A stretch of DNA of 64,000 bases from a virus (lineage: Duplodnaviria > Heunggongvirae > Uroviricota > Caudoviricetes), in the IMG/VR virus record IMGVR_UViG_3300022468_000539, positions 30,703 to 94,702 of that record. One strand, given 5' to 3'. The notes under the pieces are model-generated. The model was not told where the DNA came from. It saw only the letters and a list, made by a program, of their open reading frames with translations, and searched no databases. Positions 55,413-64,000 of the stretch are shown one piece after another; position 1 is the first letter of the stretch; each line of letters starts with the position of its first letter. The position numbers and the translations under genes were made by a program.

Positions 55413-55437
55413 AGAAAAAGGCCCCGAAGGGCCTTTT
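55409..55437. terminator. hairpin AAAAGGCCC-CGAA-GGGCCTTTT flanked by T/A runs (terminator for the SPFH gene, possibly bidirectional)
   Basis: 9-bp stem with GNRA-like loop; U-run on the minus strand. Confidence 0.5.
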
Positions 55438-55452
55438 GCAATCTTTTTGAGA

Positions 55453-56250
55453 TTATTTGCCAATATTCATTACTGACATACCATGTGGAATCAGAATTGT
55501 CTGAACTTTTCCGTTTGAAACTGCTTCCGCTACCTTCAAATTGGCTTGAGCATTCATGTAAGCAATGCTTTGTCCAGAGTTCGATGCCAGTGCAGCCATA
55601 CGCTCAGATTCCAGCTTTGCCAACTTGACTTCGTTTTCCTTGATCTTCAATTCGTTTTGGCTACGCACAAATTCAGTAGCAGAGGCCAAGATTTGATCAT
55701 TAGGGACAACACTTCGAACTTGAACCACGGTCAGTGTCAATGACGAGTTCAATTTCTCACGACTCAATTGATCATTAACTTCTGCCAAGATTTCTGCTTC
55801 CATCTTTTGGCGATTGTCTGCGACTTCAAGTGACTTGTAGTTACGAACCACTTTGTATGCGGCATTTGTTACCAACACATTCATGTAGTCATACATCAGC
55901 AAGGTGTCACCATCATCACGTGCGTGGAACGACTTGCTCTTGGTCGAATACAACTCAGCAACAGAACTTGGATTGATACTGTAAACAACAGTCATGTCGA
56001 AGTCTTTCAGTGGAGAGTTATCCGCTGTCATGGGAGTTTTGTCATTGATCTTGATGGTCAAGTCTTTGACAGGGAAAGTCAAAACATGTCCAACCAAAGT
56101 TTGATTCCAAGAACCGGGAGGTAGTTCAGCACCTTGAATCTGTTTGGATGCATCTACCCGAACGCCAACCTCGCCTGTTTCGATACGGGTACAACCAGTC
56201 ATCAAGACAGAAGCTGCCATCACCAAACCAATCAAAATTTTCTTCATCAT
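55453..56250 (-). CDS. SPFH (band-7/prohibitin-like) domain lipoprotein
   Basis: Signal peptide + lipobox LMTGC; IETGEVGVRV..TIKIN...DMTVVYSI pattern of SPFH domains; C-terminal coiled coil. Confidence 0.5.
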   Translation of the reverse strand: MMKKILIGLVMAASVLMTGCTRIETGEVGVRVDASKQIQGAELPPGSWNQTLVGHVLTFPVKDLTIKINDKTPMTADNSPLKDFDMTVVYSINPSSVAELYSTKSKSFHARDDGDTLLMYDYMNVLVTNAAYKVVRNYKSLEVADNRQKMEAEILAEVNDQLSREKLNSSLTLTVVQVRSVVPNDQILASATEFVRSQNELKIKENEVKLAKLESERMAALASNSGQSIAYMNAQANLKVAEAVSNGKVQTILIPHGMSVMNIGK

Positions 56251-56262
56251 ATAAATTTTCCT

Positions 56263-56430
56263 TTAAAAAAGAATTACAAAACCACTAACAAAAAGAACCG
56301 CTGCAACGATTGTAAGAATGATCTTAAAGAATCGTTGACCAATGAATTGTAGCACAGTTTTATGGTTGTTGTTCAGAAAAGTGATCAAAAAATAAAAACC
56401 AGCCACAACCAACCCAATAAACACAAACAT
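56263..56430 (-). CDS. small membrane protein (55 aa)
   Basis: Two hydrophobic helices. Contains the minus-strand promoter TGTGCTACAAT for the SPFH gene within its coding sequence. Confidence 0.3.
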   Translation of the reverse strand: MFVFIGLVVAGFYFLITFLNNNHKTVLQFIGQRFFKIILTIVAAVLFVSGFVILF

Positions 56431-56431
56431 C

Positions 56432-56689
56432 TTAATCACTATATTTTCTCCATTTCTTCAAACATGTGTGGCAGGTATAATCCCTCCAATAACTATTACG
56501 TTCAAAATAATTACCTGTATCTGCACCGAATGTATGCGTTTTATTAAAATGTTCGCAAGACTCTTGAATTGTCTTAATCCGATCATTCAGAATAGAAATT
56601 TGAGCCTGCAGTTCAGGGACAGACATCTTTTTAATTTTCATATTCTGATTTCCAATACTCTTCGGGCAGAGGGAATTCCCAGAACCCAT
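56432..56689 (-). CDS. hypothetical Cys-containing small protein
   Basis: CEHF..HTF...C.TC pattern. Confidence 0.35.
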   Translation of the reverse strand: MGSGNSLCPKSIGNQNMKIKKMSVPELQAQISILNDRIKTIQESCEHFNKTHTFGADTGNYFERNSYWRDYTCHTCLKKWRKYSD

Positions 56690-56903
56690 ACTCGCTCACT
56701 TTACCATACCCACATGTTGTATTACCTTCGATATCGGAGCTATAACTTGGGTTGTGTCCACGCTTATAAAGAGAGATAGCAACATTCTTGGCTGTGTCAG
56801 AAACAATACGCCGACCAATCGAGATTTCTTGGCGTAACTCTTTTTCATACAGTTGCCGCGCACGTTCACAAATCAAAGCAACCAACTGTTCTTCTGTCAT
56901 CAT
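56631..56903 (-). CDS. hypothetical protein
   Basis: 90-aa ORF. Confidence 0.35.
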   Translation of the reverse strand: MMTEEQLVALICERARQLYEKELRQEISIGRRIVSDTAKNVAISLYKRGHNPSYSSDIEGNTTCGYGKVSEYGFWEFPLPEEYWKSEYEN

Positions 56904-57346
56904 ACACTTGTTTCCTTGTAATGTTGAAAATAGATAAATTTACCCATCTTGTCTAATACTTCATTATGCAGTCGATATTCTTCTTTGAAGATAGCCTGAC
57001 GGATACCAGCCTGAATCATACGAGAGCAGCATTTAATACATGGTGACAAGGTAGTAATCATTATAGCATGCTCTAGAGGAAGGCCACGCTTCGCAGCATG
57101 TAACATAGCATTTTCTTCTGCATGGATAACAGTGTCCAGAGTTTTAAGTTCTGTCTTATCAGCAGACAGTACAACAACCTCTTCGCAGCAGTTGTCAGCA
57201 CCATTATGCGTACCGTTATATCCTGTAGAGATTATCCGACCAAAGCTGTCAACAATTACTGCACCCACCTTACTTCGAACCGCATGGGATCGTTCGGCGG
57301 ATGCAGATGCTACTTTGAAAAGAAATGGTAGCTCTTTTTCAAGCAT
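56900..57346 (-). CDS. cd: dCMP deaminase
   Basis: Zn-binding HAEENAM...SPCIKC (H-A-E / PC-x2-C). Confidence 0.7.
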   Translation of the reverse strand: MLEKELPFLFKVASASAERSHAVRSKVGAVIVDSFGRIISTGYNGTHNGADNCCEEVVVLSADKTELKTLDTVIHAEENAMLHAAKRGLPLEHAIMITTLSPCIKCCSRMIQAGIRQAIFKEEYRLHNEVLDKMGKFIYFQHYKETSV

Positions 57347-57453
57347 TCTTATTCATTTAAAAATATTTTAGAACACAGGCAACAATAATTGCGATTGCTG
57401 CTATATAAACAATACCCTTTACAAGGGCTTTTGTGGCACGTGCCTCTTCTTCA

Positions 57454-57900
57454 TCATACCAATCCATTTTTATCCTCCCATGGTAATACAGGGTCAGCGA
57501 TCCAGCGCCGACGCATACGATCCATTGCCTCTGCAGGCACATTGTGAATAGAACCGAAAGAGCCATGCACGGAAATCACTTGCGGGATAATTCCAAGTTG
57601 CAGTGCAATTTCAAAGTAAGGGTTCAGTTCACGCTGAGTAGTGAAAGTGTTGGATACAACAACACTCCAACCTTCTTGCAGCTTTTGCGCCACATTAGAC
57701 TCACACCAGTGATGTGCAGCACCGAGCTTATTCAGGTCGAAGTTGTAGTTACCTTGCTTGTCATAGAAGTACATGTCAGCTTCATAATGACGCCATCCAC
57801 CATCCATAGCAATCTTTCGGGCAATGGTACTTTTACCCGAGCCCGGCAAACCCCTCACAATCACAAAGTAGGGTTTGGTCTTACCATCCGATGCTTGCAT
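57454..57900 (-). CDS. P-loop kinase (polynucleotide kinase-like, AAA_33 type)
   Basis: Walker A VRGLPGSGKST. Size and pattern are like the kinase domain of T4 Pnk (CPGSGKST). Start moved to the RBS-supported ATG. Confidence 0.45.
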   Translation of the reverse strand: MQASDGKTKPYFVIVRGLPGSGKSTIARKIAMDGGWRHYEADMYFYDKQGNYNFDLNKLGAAHHWCESNVAQKLQEGWSVVVSNTFTTQRELNPYFEIALQLGIIPQVISVHGSFGSIHNVPAEAMDRMRRRWIADPVLPWEDKNGLV

Positions 57901-58096
57901 AATAAATTTCCTTCTTGTAGTTGAAAGCAGCACGAACTGCTTCTGGATATACGACATACCACAAATTGTCCAATGCAGACATTGTGGTTCCACGAACTGT
58001 GCAACGACCTTTACTGTCTGTCTCACGCATCAACTCTTTGTGCATTGCTTCAATGATTTGTTCGCCAATTTTGATTGCGTCAGACTTAGTGATCAT
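57881..58096 (-). CDS. hypothetical protein
   Basis: 71-aa ORF. Confidence 0.3.
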   Translation of the reverse strand: MITKSDAIKIGEQIIEAMHKELMRETDSKGRCTVRGTTMSALDNLWYVVYPEAVRAAFNYKKEIYYASIGW

Positions 58097-58127
58097 TTTG
58101 AACCTCGTTTGAATTTAGATGTATGGA

Positions 58128-59090
58128 TTATACACCAATTTTGTACGGTTTCAAAATATCTGTCTTATTTTCCACAAACAAGAAGTCATCCAAGAAATCT
58201 CGTTTCACTTCAGACAGTCGCAAATAATTAAGTGACGCATATTCACGAAACCAGCCGGATGTCAGAGTCGTACAAATCTTCTGCAACGCTTTCCGGTACA
58301 GTTCTTGCATGTAATCACCATCAAATCCAACACCATCTTCCCGATAGCGGTTAATTCGAATACTTTTGCGGTAAGGCAAATACCCACGCTCCAAAGCAAT
58401 CACCCAAGCCTCTTCCATGACACATGCATCTTTGACAGCATCAGGTGCATTCTCAAACAGATCACCAGATGATAAAACTTCACCCTTAGCGATATGCATA
58501 TACGCAGGCTTTTCGCCTATAGCAATAGCAGCATGAATTGAGTCATGATCATAGATATATTGTACACCATCATTCGAAAAGAATTCAGATTTACTGACAT
58601 TCAGTTTGATAGGTGGTCGATTATATGTCTCTTTCTCTCGCAACTCCAGAATCTGTTTCAGCGGTTCAGAAACTCTAGACTTGTACTGCTTTGACATGTA
58701 GGTTTTCAGCTTCTCCATATTTTTATGGAAATGCATAGAATCCCGATACCGGTGTGATTCACGGATAACATACATCAAGCTAAGTGGTGCCACATTATAA
58801 AGTTTTTCAGGATTCCCTACAGAATCCATCAAATCAAGAATTGCAGCACCAGAAGAACCTTTGAAAGCCAGTTCAACTTCGATAATACTAATCTTGTTTG
58901 TTTCGTGTTTGACCCGAATAACAAGATGGTTGCTGCTAATCGGATATTGTTCGATGATCTTTCCACCAAAGCCATCGAGTAATTGCTTCACAGCATTAGG
59001 CCGAACAATAAAATCCCAATCCCGATTTTCATCGATATCGAAATAGTTGTATTCAGCACGTGATCCGATTAGAACAGCAGTATTTTTCAT
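58128..59090 (-). CDS. hypothetical protein with a pol-beta-type nucleotidyltransferase-like N-terminus
   Basis: LIGSRAEYNYFDIDENRDWDF (G-S ... D-x-D pattern). Confidence 0.3.
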   Translation of the reverse strand: MKNTAVLIGSRAEYNYFDIDENRDWDFIVRPNAVKQLLDGFGGKIIEQYPISSNHLVIRVKHETNKISIIEVELAFKGSSGAAILDLMDSVGNPEKLYNVAPLSLMYVIRESHRYRDSMHFHKNMEKLKTYMSKQYKSRVSEPLKQILELREKETYNRPPIKLNVSKSEFFSNDGVQYIYDHDSIHAAIAIGEKPAYMHIAKGEVLSSGDLFENAPDAVKDACVMEEAWVIALERGYLPYRKSIRINRYREDGVGFDGDYMQELYRKALQKICTTLTSGWFREYASLNYLRLSEVKRDFLDDFLFVENKTDILKPYKIGV

Positions 59091-59548
59091 TAGTAACCTG
59101 ACGAAGACCAGTATTGATCCGAGTTATTGTAAGAAGATGTAGTGGAGTCACCGAAGTTATAAGAGAAGCCCACATAAACAATTTTTGGATCGACGCTGTT
59201 AACCAGACGCTCAATTTCGCTTTCCAGACTATTCAGTTGGTTGCGAATTTCAGAAAGTCGAACGTTGACTGCAGCAGCCTTTTCTTGTTCTTTATCTTCC
59301 TTGCGCGCCTTTTCTTCAGCAATACGCTGTGCTTCCTTACGGGCTTGCTCTTTGCGCTCTTCTTCCTTACGGGCTTCTTCAGCCTTATCCGCTTCCTGCT
59401 TCAGTTTAGCGCGGCGTTGTTTTTCGGCATTGGCAGTTTTCAACAAAGCAGCAATCGCTTTGTCGTTCAATTGGCTCATATCCAATTCAACATCCTGAAG
59501 AGTAGATGCGGAAGTGGTGAGTTGCGAAGTTGTTCTACGAGTTACCAT
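59090..59548 (-). CDS. K/E/R/A-rich coiled-coil protein
   Basis: AEKQRRAKLKQEADKAEEARKEEERKEQARKEAQRIAEEKARKEDKEQEKAAA low-complexity helix. Confidence 0.4.
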   Translation of the reverse strand: MVTRRTTSQLTTSASTLQDVELDMSQLNDKAIAALLKTANAEKQRRAKLKQEADKAEEARKEEERKEQARKEAQRIAEEKARKEDKEQEKAAAVNVRLSEIRNQLNSLESEIERLVNSVDPKIVYVGFSYNFGDSTTSSYNNSDQYWSSSGY

Positions 59549-59572
59549 TTCAGTTTCCTTAAATTAAATGCA

Positions 59573-60142
59573 TCAGTCTCCGTGATGCGTTGACCTTGTT
59601 TCAAATTGGAGACACTTACGAATTTCTTCCAGAGAATATGGTTTCATATCCCCTGCAGCACGTGTATCAATACCAACATCCATACACTTTCCGGTGTTTG
59701 GCTGTTGATAGTTTGAATGCCGATGACCATGCAGATGTGTTGAACCGTATCTTGACGAATCCCATGATTCAATCGGGAAATGACACAGGATGTAAGAAGT
59801 CTTCCCAATCTTCAATTTCTTGTAGTCTTGGATAGACGCAAACACGCCCATGAATCGCAATTCGCTTTCATCATCATGGTTACCGAGAATCAGATGATGG
59901 TTGCAATGATCAGAAATCCGGCGCAGCAGCTTTTTGGTTTCATCATATTTGCCAAAGGTAATGTCGCCCAGATTCCACAGGTCGCCACCCTCTGGAACGG
60001 TGTTAATCACATTATAAATGATCAGTTCATTCATTTCTTCGAGGGTCGAACCCTTACGCGAGAATGGGCAGAATTGCTGAATTCTTTTATGGAAAAGATG
60101 CCAATCCGAAGTGAAGTATGGTTGTTGTTCAATTTTATTCAT
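59573..60142 (-). CDS. calcineurin-like metallophosphoesterase
   Basis: SDWHLFH (GDxH-like), GDITFG (GDxxDRG-like) and GNHDDE motifs. Leaderless arrangement: TGGTGTATAAT is 6 nt before the ATG. Confidence 0.55.
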   Translation of the reverse strand: MNKIEQQPYFTSDWHLFHKRIQQFCPFSRKGSTLEEMNELIIYNVINTVPEGGDLWNLGDITFGKYDETKKLLRRISDHCNHHLILGNHDDESELRFMGVFASIQDYKKLKIGKTSYILCHFPIESWDSSRYGSTHLHGHRHSNYQQPNTGKCMDVGIDTRAAGDMKPYSLEEIRKCLQFETRSTHHGD

Positions 60143-60149
60143 ATGTTGA

Positions 60150-60455
60150 TTATACACCAAAAATCTTGTTGTATTCACTTTTTGAAATTTTTTTGTAGTA
60201 GCCATGTTCAGAAAGTGATACATATTCCCCATTTAAAATTTTCTCTCTTAGGGGTTTAAACAATTCCTCAACAGTGAATTCCTCATATGCGCGATATTGT
60301 ACCATATCATGAGCATCCTGTAATGTTATCTCATTTTTTGCCATACATTCTCGCGTTAAAGCACCAATAAATGATTGAACAATTAGTAATGTAGTTTGAT
60401 CTAAACGTGATCCAACAACCTTTTTGTCAAATTCTTCGCGGAGTCTTGACTCCAT
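60150..60455 (-). CDS. hypothetical protein
   Basis: 101-aa ORF. Confidence 0.35.
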   Translation of the reverse strand: MESRLREEFDKKVVGSRLDQTTLLIVQSFIGALTRECMAKNEITLQDAHDMVQYRAYEEFTVEELFKPLREKILNGEYVSLSEHGYYKKISKSEYNKIFGV

Positions 60456-60456
60456 T

Positions 60457-60774
60457 TCAAGACTCCAAAACTTTAATCATGTGATCAACCCAAGCGTGGC
60501 GGTATGCTTGACGCTTTTCATACGTGCTAAGGTCGATATCTTTATTAAGATATAACCATCCAGTAATAAACATTTCACCTTTAAGTTGTTTTCGAATCCA
60601 ACCTTTAACCAATGCCTTTGATATTACATCACAATCCGTGTCATCAACTGCCCAACATACATATATTTGCTTGTCACTTTTTATGTCGAAGAAATTTCCA
60701 GATAATAGTTTTTTCTTCGCTTCCTTCAAGCATTGAGCCATAGCCAAATGTTGTTCACGTGTTAAATTTGCCAT
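60457..60774 (-). CDS. hypothetical protein
   Basis: 105-aa ORF. Confidence 0.35.
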   Translation of the reverse strand: MANLTREQHLAMAQCLKEAKKKLLSGNFFDIKSDKQIYVCWAVDDTDCDVISKALVKGWIRKQLKGEMFITGWLYLNKDIDLSTYEKRQAYRHAWVDHMIKVLES

Positions 60775-60781
60775 AATAGCC

Positions 60782-61717
60782 TCACAGAGTAGAGTTCAAC
60801 AGATTGCGCATGTATTCCAGACGGTCTTGCTCAGGCATTACCTTAAACAATTCATCATTACGCAGTTTTTCAATCAGAGGATAAAATTCTTCCTCAACAC
60901 GAGCCATGTTCAGTGCCATGATATCAGCCTTACGAGCCACCATCTTTTGGAACAGGTAAGCCTTAGACTTGATCTTGATCATTTCACCTTTAGTGTAGTT
61001 GAAGATCACATAACCTTCATGTGGTGCCTCACGTGCCATTTTCACAGCATCTACGAACCGCATATCAGGAATAGGGTCATACCACTCAGACACTTCAGCA
61101 TACTTTGCAATTTCTTGAAAAGCAGAATCACCATAGGTCAGCATCAATCGTGCATTGTCGAACGAATAGAATTCGGTACCTTGGTAAATAATTGAGAGTA
61201 GATAAGCACCATACTTTTCAGGAATGATGTGTGGATCGTCAGGATGGCAAATCTCAAACATATAGGTAGTTTCAGGGCACAGGGTTGATGGATCAATATC
61301 CTTCAGATACGTTTCGGCATATCCAACAAAATCAGAATCCAGAGAGCCAGTAGTACCAATGAGCAGCTTACCGTTGTAAACACTCAAGGATGCCATGAAT
61401 CCATTCACCTTGCGAGAAACACCCACAAATGTCCGTGGATGCCAGTCTACACCAGCACCGTTTTCTTGGTAGTTGTAGATTTTCTTGAATGGTAATTGAA
61501 CCACATTGAAATCAGCATCCACAACCAAACCACGGCAGTGACGCAGCATTTCGTTTTGATCCCACAAATTGTTGAAAAATACACGACGAGTGTACTTCAG
61601 TACAGACAGACCTTGATAGCGCTTAGACTCTTTACGAGTCACCAGACGAGGATTGTTCAGAACGAATTCTTTGAGATTTTCACGGTCAATACCGTAGTTG
61701 TGCGAAGTGAGTTCCAT
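60782..61717 (-). CDS. rnlA: RNA ligase 1 (T4 RnlA-like)
   Basis: HCRGLVV (T4 ECRGIMF), KIYNYQEN (KFFNLNEN), nucleotidyl-lysine motif RKVNGFMAS (TKEDGSLVS), EGYVIF..IKIKS (EGYVAV..FKIKS). Confidence 0.7.
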   Translation of the reverse strand: MELTSHNYGIDRENLKEFVLNNPRLVTRKESKRYQGLSVLKYTRRVFFNNLWDQNEMLRHCRGLVVDADFNVVQLPFKKIYNYQENGAGVDWHPRTFVGVSRKVNGFMASLSVYNGKLLIGTTGSLDSDFVGYAETYLKDIDPSTLCPETTYMFEICHPDDPHIIPEKYGAYLLSIIYQGTEFYSFDNARLMLTYGDSAFQEIAKYAEVSEWYDPIPDMRFVDAVKMAREAPHEGYVIFNYTKGEMIKIKSKAYLFQKMVARKADIMALNMARVEEEFYPLIEKLRNDELFKVMPEQDRLEYMRNLLNSTL

Positions 61718-61757
61718 GATTTACCTTTCGAGTTTCGATAAACGAATTATAACACAT
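61718..61757 (-). promoter_or_regulatory. early promoter-leader cassette on the minus strand driving rnlA
   Basis: Reverse complement reads CATGTGTTATAATTCGTTTATCGAAACTCGAAAGGTAAATC-ATG. Confidence 0.5.
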
Positions 61758-61930
61758 GTTTCTAGCGTTTTACAACGGGGACACAAAATTCCTCAGTTTG
61801 CCTCTTTGCTAAAAACTGAGACTGTCCAGCAGGAATTTTTGTTTCGCATTCTTGCTTTGTTGGGTATATCTCTACATAAGTCGGTACACAAAATCGTGTA
61901 CATGCAACAAAAATAAGTGCCCAACCCATA

Positions 61931-62515
61931 TCAGAACAGAAACTTGTCTGGTGAACCGTTTTTGTAATCATTCCAATTTGTGGGAGTTACTTGAATGGAA
62001 TGCTTACGTTTATACCAAACGTTGTCGAGTTCGCGCCATGCAGGAACATCCAGTTGATAGAAAACACGTTCACCGGCAAATACCTTGTCTTCAACGATTT
62101 GCATCCGTGGCTTCTCCACAAGACCAAGCAATTCAATCACCACTTCCTTCGGAATATTGATTTTGACATCACCGAATTTATTGGTAATCTGAAGGTTTCC
62201 GCCATCAAGAGCTACAGTTGCTTTAGACACTCCATAAAAATCCGACTCAACTTCAACTTCAAATGTCTTGACTGTAGCATCGTCATAAACAATTTCCGGT
62301 TCTGGTTCGACATAATCTTCGAACATCACAGAATTGTAGTAACCATTAATACCTTGGAAGTATACATCGGTACTGCTACTATGAACTACCGTGTGATCCA
62401 CTGTGTAAACTTGACCTTTTACAAATCCGTTTGCACGTGCATAGTCTTTTTCACACTTGTATCCACCTTCATCAAGGTAGACAACCTTGTCACCACTTTT
62501 TGCCCAGATGTTCAT
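61931..62515 (-). CDS. hypothetical protein
   Basis: 194-aa ORF. Confidence 0.4.
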   Translation of the reverse strand: MNIWAKSGDKVVYLDEGGYKCEKDYARANGFVKGQVYTVDHTVVHSSSTDVYFQGINGYYNSVMFEDYVEPEPEIVYDDATVKTFEVEVESDFYGVSKATVALDGGNLQITNKFGDVKINIPKEVVIELLGLVEKPRMQIVEDKVFAGERVFYQLDVPAWRELDNVWYKRKHSIQVTPTNWNDYKNGSPDKFLF

Positions 62516-62656
62516 ATTTTTTACTCCATTTTGTTAATTTCAGAAACAGACCTTCTACCAAGACGATAGCGAGAATCCAGAAAGCCATAAAGACCGACAC
62601 AAAGCCGACAACAATTATGCCAACGATAAAATAAACCAGATCAAACAATGTTCGCA

Positions 62657-62917
62657 TCATACCACACGTTTACTGAATGGTTTTGAATTTGAAGTTTTGA
62701 ATAATTCGAGTCGAGTTTTTGCCTCTTCCAAAGTTGCGAAAGATGCGAATTCATGTATATAGGATTTTCCGTACCACCAATAATTATCGTTCTGAGACAT
62801 CTTGGAAGTCAGATAACTCCACCCAATATCGTTCAATTTTCGAATAACAAATTCACCACTCCGCAACTGTGCGATATGTGGCTTGAATGGGTTGTAAAAG
62901 AATTTAAATAATTTCAT
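62657..62917 (-). CDS. hypothetical protein
   Basis: 86-aa ORF. Confidence 0.35.
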   Translation of the reverse strand: MKLFKFFYNPFKPHIAQLRSGEFVIRKLNDIGWSYLTSKMSQNDNYWWYGKSYIHEFASFATLEEAKTRLELFKTSNSKPFSKRVV

Positions 62918-62918
62918 C

Positions 62919-63164
62919 TTAACCGCTCTTTAAAAGTTGTTCATGATAGGCTTCGCGCAAAAGTTTTTGACCCTTCTTAGTCACTCTCCATGTCTTTTCG
63001 CCAATTAGCCCCAATTGTACCATAATCATTGTGATAGTGTGACCACAATGATATCCGACAGCACGTTTAAACACTGAAGCATTCAAAAGTTCGCGTTTAT
63101 CAGCACCACCAAAGTTTGTGTTGCGGAAAGCTAATTCCAATTCTTCGTCAGAGACTATAGACAT
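62919..63164 (-). CDS. hypothetical protein
   Basis: 81-aa ORF. Confidence 0.35.
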   Translation of the reverse strand: MSIVSDEELELAFRNTNFGGADKRELLNASVFKRAVGYHCGHTITMIMVQLGLIGEKTWRVTKKGQKLLREAYHEQLLKSG

Positions 63165-63600
63165 AAATTTTTAAATCCTGTTTTTGCCACTTATCAAACA
63201 TTGGTTCGATCTTACTCCAATCACACCCACCAAGACCGCACCCGATTTTAGGAATGACAATTGTATTGAACATCTTCATGACGAATGCGAGATTACTTTC
63301 AATAGCTTCATAAGAAGCATACTGCTTTCCATCTTTTCCGTAGAATTCCTGAGTGATTGCAGACGCGAGATAGATGTCTGTTTTATAGTCTTTTGATAAA
63401 GAGCAGTCTCCGAGTCCAAGACCTGAAGCAAGATCGTCCACGTAATGTTTGAATGCTTTTGGATATCTTTCTTTAAACTCTTTAGCAACACCGCTACCCA
63501 TGACACCTTGTTTGTTGCAACCATGCATGAATACTTTTCTTCCGTGGTCTTTGGAAAAATCATGATCAAACATGTTACCTTTACGATATTCAATCTGCAT
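63148..63600 (-). CDS. macro-domain protein, TARG1/C6orf130-like (ADP-ribose hydrolase family)
   Basis: HGCNKQGVMGSGVAKEFKERYP and IPKIGCGLGGCDW...KIYVYSL parallel human TARG1 ([21 protein letters not shown] ... MPRIGCGLDRLQW ... ITVYTL). Confidence 0.5.
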   Translation of the reverse strand: MQIEYRKGNMFDHDFSKDHGRKVFMHGCNKQGVMGSGVAKEFKERYPKAFKHYVDDLASGLGLGDCSLSKDYKTDIYLASAITQEFYGKDGKQYASYEAIESNLAFVMKMFNTIVIPKIGCGLGGCDWSKIEPMFDKWQKQDLKIYVYSL

Positions 63601-64000
63601 AATCTTCGTCTGTGTATTCTTGAATAGCTCGGTTAATTTCAGCCTGCAAATTGCGCAGTCGTTTCATTACCGATTCGTTTACCAAATCTTCAAGTGGTTT
63701 ATCCATTTTCTTGAATACGGTATCATTGACCATGCTACGAACTGTCTGTTCGCTAACCTTTGTCAACTCTTCCCGCACGGCTGCTTCGATACCATCGACA
63801 CCCGCAAAATGATGTGCCATTGTGTAATTTTTTGCCTGTAAGTTGGCTTCATTCTTTACAGCGTCTTGGAAAGCTGTGAATGTCTCATTCTGCGCAATAG
63901 CAGTAATCATCTTATGCAACAGACGATTTGCGATATCTTCTTTATCCTTATCGGACAATTCAATTTGAATGTTCATTTTTATACCTCTTAAACAATACAC
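63590..64000 (-). CDS. hypothetical protein (N-terminus beyond the window edge)
   Basis: ORF runs off the window. Confidence 0.3.
   Translation of the reverse strand: MYCLRGIKMNIQIELSDKDKEDIANRLLHKMITAIAQNETFTAFQDAVKNEANLQAKNYTMAHHFAGVDGIEAAVREELTKVSEQTVRSMVNDTVFKKMDKPLEDLVNESVMKRLRNLQAEINRAIQEYTDEDYAD

Noticed and set aside
1-64000. CRISPR arrays, integrase or transposase, rRNA
   Set aside because: No regularly spaced direct repeats, no tyrosine- or serine-recombinase or transposase motifs, and no rRNA-like sequence seen.

Overview
This window looks like a contiguous 64-kb segment of a large, AT-rich lytic myovirus with a T4-type core. The call rests on recognisable T4 homologues: sliding clamp gp45, clamp loader gp44/gp62, RegA, family-B DNA polymerase gp43, UvsX, gp41 helicase, gp32, terminase large subunit gp17, DenV, dCMP deaminase, RNA ligase 1, a GroES-like co-chaperonin and a PAAR spike tip. 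Gene order is only partly T4-like and accessory DNA is interleaved throughout. The layout is as follows. 1-5.4 kb: replication accessory genes (ClpP-like protease, Rad3/DinG-like Fe-S helicase, DEDD exonuclease, gp45). 5.4-24.2 kb: an early region with about 21 tRNA or tRNA-like genes (read by hand, so coordinates may be off by 1-3 nt), several non-canonical tRNA-like RNA modules, an ORF-free ~480-nt structured RNA candidate, an HNH endonuclease, and many small genes. Each small gene is preceded by a repeated extended -10 promoter (TGnTATAAT) plus a conserved leader (TCATCGAAAyaCAAAAGGwaa). 24-36.9 kb: 31-like, nucleotide-metabolism genes, denV, 44, a NADAR insert, 62, regA, and a gp43 gene flanked by two GIY-YIG homing endonucleases, then uvsX and 41. 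36.9-47.2 kb: a structural or fibre module, including a protein of about 27 tandem 22-aa repeats, a His-rich protein and a PAAR protein. 47.4-64 kb: a minus-strand block with gp17, gp32, a vWA-protein operon of translationally coupled small genes, an SPFH lipoprotein, cd, a candidate split tRNA-repair set (PNK-like kinase, metallophosphoesterase, Rnl1) and a TARG1-like macro domain. No CRISPR array, rRNA or integrase was seen. Function calls come from motif-level reading of the supplied translations. No database search was run.
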